47,920 nt of DNA from a virus (taxonomy: Duplodnaviria > Caudoviricetes). Of the stretch, positions 46,224-47,920 are shown in pieces. The notes under the pieces are model-generated. The model saw only the letters and a list, made by a program, of their open reading frames with translations, had not been told where the DNA came from and did no database searches. The translations under genes were made by a program, and so were the position numbers. The stretch covers positions 1 to 47,920 of IMG/VR virus record IMGVR_UViG_3300025387_000026. One strand, 5' to 3'. Every line of letters starts with the position of its first letter. Positions within the stretch are counted from its first letter, which is position 1.

Positions 46224-46797
46224 GTGATACCTTAACCTTTCCTTCGAGCCTGTTTTTCAACATACTTTTCCCCTGTTCATAAATCTGCCTTACCCTCTCC
46301 TTACTTATTCTGTATCGTTTTTTAATCTCATCCAGGGTGTAGCCTGTCGATCTTAAAAGCAGGATTTCCCTCATTCTTTTGTCTGGTAAAGATTCGATAG
46401 CTTTGACCATTAGAACGATTATTTCTTTTGTTTGAATTATCTCTATTGGATCATTTTCTATTGGTAAATCAAAATTGCCCTCGGACAAAGAAACGATTTC
46501 TTCTTTACGAACCGATTCTGAAAGTTTAACTATGTGTTTTTTTTTATATTGTTCCATCCAACCCCAGTTTAGATTCCGGTATACCCAGGTTGATAGTTTT
46601 GTTCCATGTGGCCCCTTTTCGACCCAGCTCCTAATCGCCTGAAGGTATTTCAACGACAGATCAGACATGATTTCATCAAGGCCCTGATAAAGGTTAAATC
46701 GCCTTTTCCTTTTCGCCGCCCAGGAGCCCAGCAAGTAAATCTTGCTCTCTTGCAGCTCTCTGATTTCCTGTTCCTGGCCCTTTTTCTTTTTTGTCAT
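46210..46797 (-). CDS. Sigma-70 family RNA polymerase sigma factor
   Basis: Region 2 (QAIRSW...TKLSTWVY) and region 4 (LP...REIL.LR..GYTL.EI.....ISKERVRQI). Confidence 0.85.
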   Translation of the reverse strand: MTKKKKGQEQEIRELQESKIYLLGSWAAKRKRRFNLYQGLDEIMSDLSLKYLQAIRSWVEKGPHGTKLSTWVYRNLNWGWMEQYKKKHIVKLSESVRKEEIVSLSEGNFDLPIENDPIEIIQTKEIIVLMVKAIESLPDKRMREILLLRSTGYTLDEIKKRYRISKERVRQIYEQGKSMLKNRLEGKVKVSRDTN

Positions 46798-47116
46798 GAT
46801 TCATCCTGCCACTGGTCCACCTTTTAAACTCCTCAACTGTCACTGCCACCCGTTTTCCGAAAACATCCACCAGCCAGAGCCCCTGCCCTTCCAGCTCTCT
46901 CGCATAGTCCGGCACAGGCCCAACCGGTCTGGTATTCCACTCCTGCTCCTCCTGCTCCTCCTGGAGCCTCTGGAGCAGTTCGCTTCGATATTCGAAAATA
47001 AGATCAGATAATGATTGATCGATTATCCTTTTGGTCCGGATCTGATCGCCTTCGTGATAGACATCAATTCCAGAGGACCGGAGAGCAGACAACAAAAGGA
47101 ATGGGGTAAATTTCAT
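46694..47116 (-). CDS. TubC-N-like hypothetical protein
   Basis: LL..LR..GI.V..EGD.I.........L...I..YR.ELL..L; AGGA RBS. Start uncertain. Confidence 0.6.
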   Translation of the reverse strand: MKFTPFLLLSALRSSGIDVYHEGDQIRTKRIIDQSLSDLIFEYRSELLQRLQEEQEEQEWNTRPVGPVPDYARELEGQGLWLVDVFGKRVAVTVEEFKRWTSGRMNHDKKEKGPGTGNQRAAREQDLLAGLLGGEKEKAI

Positions 47117-47321
47117 TTCTTGGATTCCTCGACAGTGCAACTGTGGCAAGAGTTTTTCACCAGGGCTTGTTTGCACCCTTGCACGGTTGCACCGCCTTGA
47201 AAAGTAAGGGTTTAAGATTTTTTTCAACATTGCACTATGACTCATTAAAATTCGTGGTGCATAGTGCAGCAGTGCATTAGGGGTATAGGTAATGGACCTT
47301 GGGACCTTGCACCACCAATTT

Positions 47322-47920
47322 TTAAATGGTAGAACCATTGAAAGAAATATATTTTCTGTCATTGATCCAAGTGATTTTAAAATTCTCACTTTTCGCCGAG
47401 ATCGTTCGATAAATCAGTTTTTTGTCAAAGCCTGCCTCTTTTCCAAAATCAATGATCTTTGACTGAAGGACAGGCCCTGGATTCGATCCAAAAGTCTGAT
47501 CCATCCATTGGGAACATTCCTGGATTCTTTTGGGAGATTCTTTTGGCTGATTTCCTCCTGGCTCCGCGATAGGAGGCTCTTTGTCGTAGTCGTTGCCATT
47601 GTCTCCCATGGTCACTCCCATGGCTTCAGGCTTCTTGCTGTTGCTCTTGATCACTTCCAACCGTCTACGGTTTTCCTGATCCGGATCTGGCTTATCGAGT
47701 TTCAGAACAGATCGAGCCTTCTCCAGCACTCGCCGCCCGAGCATCCCGCCGCCTGAGTTTAAGTGAGTCAAACACAACAGGCAGACTTGGTTTCGCCGTG
47801 CGATCTCCTGAAGAGGCTTATAAAAACTCATCATGTCCTCACTGGCATAGAGCTTCTTGCTTGTAGCATTCCCCACCGTGTCGATAATCACTATGGCAGG
47901 CTTTACAGCCTTGATAAGGG
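47322..47920 (-). CDS. AAA (RepA/AAA_25-like) primase-helicase, C-terminal part
   Basis: Walker B VIIDT, HLN, LG, R.L...KSN; truncated at the window end. Confidence 0.75.
   Translation of the reverse strand, partial: LIKAVKPAIVIIDTVGNATSKKLYASEDMMSFYKPLQEIARRNQVCLLCLTHLNSGGGMLGRRVLEKARSVLKLDKPDPDQENRRRLEVIKSNSKKPEAMGVTMGDNGNDYDKEPPIAEPGGNQPKESPKRIQECSQWMDQTFGSNPGPVLQSKIIDFGKEAGFDKKLIYRTISAKSENFKITWINDRKYISFNGSTI

Overview
The window is an essentially complete temperate siphovirus-type phage with a Mu-like head module. The host is probably a Planctomycete, inferred from gene-family style only. Nearly all genes are on the - strand. Bases 1-107 recur exactly at 45882-45988, so 1-45881 can close into a ~45.9 kb circle. 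The 45989-47920 tail looks like an alternative early module (sigma factor, AAA primase/helicase) from a related phage or an assembly branch. An intact attP (3' half of tRNA-Asn(GTT) with arm-type repeats) sits next to a tyrosine integrase. The late operon runs terminase, portal, MuF, protease/scaffold, decoration protein, capsid, neck, tail tube, frameshifted chaperones, tape measure, tail tip and fibre. The most notable system is two genes between MuF and the prohead protease. They share an N-terminal leader (F[ST]DxxLYxELE[RK]FCGGKGS[RK]RPGPCP, three copies) fused to unrelated payloads: a HExxH metallopeptidase, and a protein whose C-terminal part is a self-contained moron with its own promoter, operator, RBS, XRE gene and terminator. 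This suggests a modular capsid-loading effector system. Other highlights are a lysis region with a papain-like protease and no recognisable peptidoglycan hydrolase, a structured ~360 nt non-coding stretch in the replication module, and a hairpin masking the capsid RBS. Family names come from motif recognition; no database searches were run.
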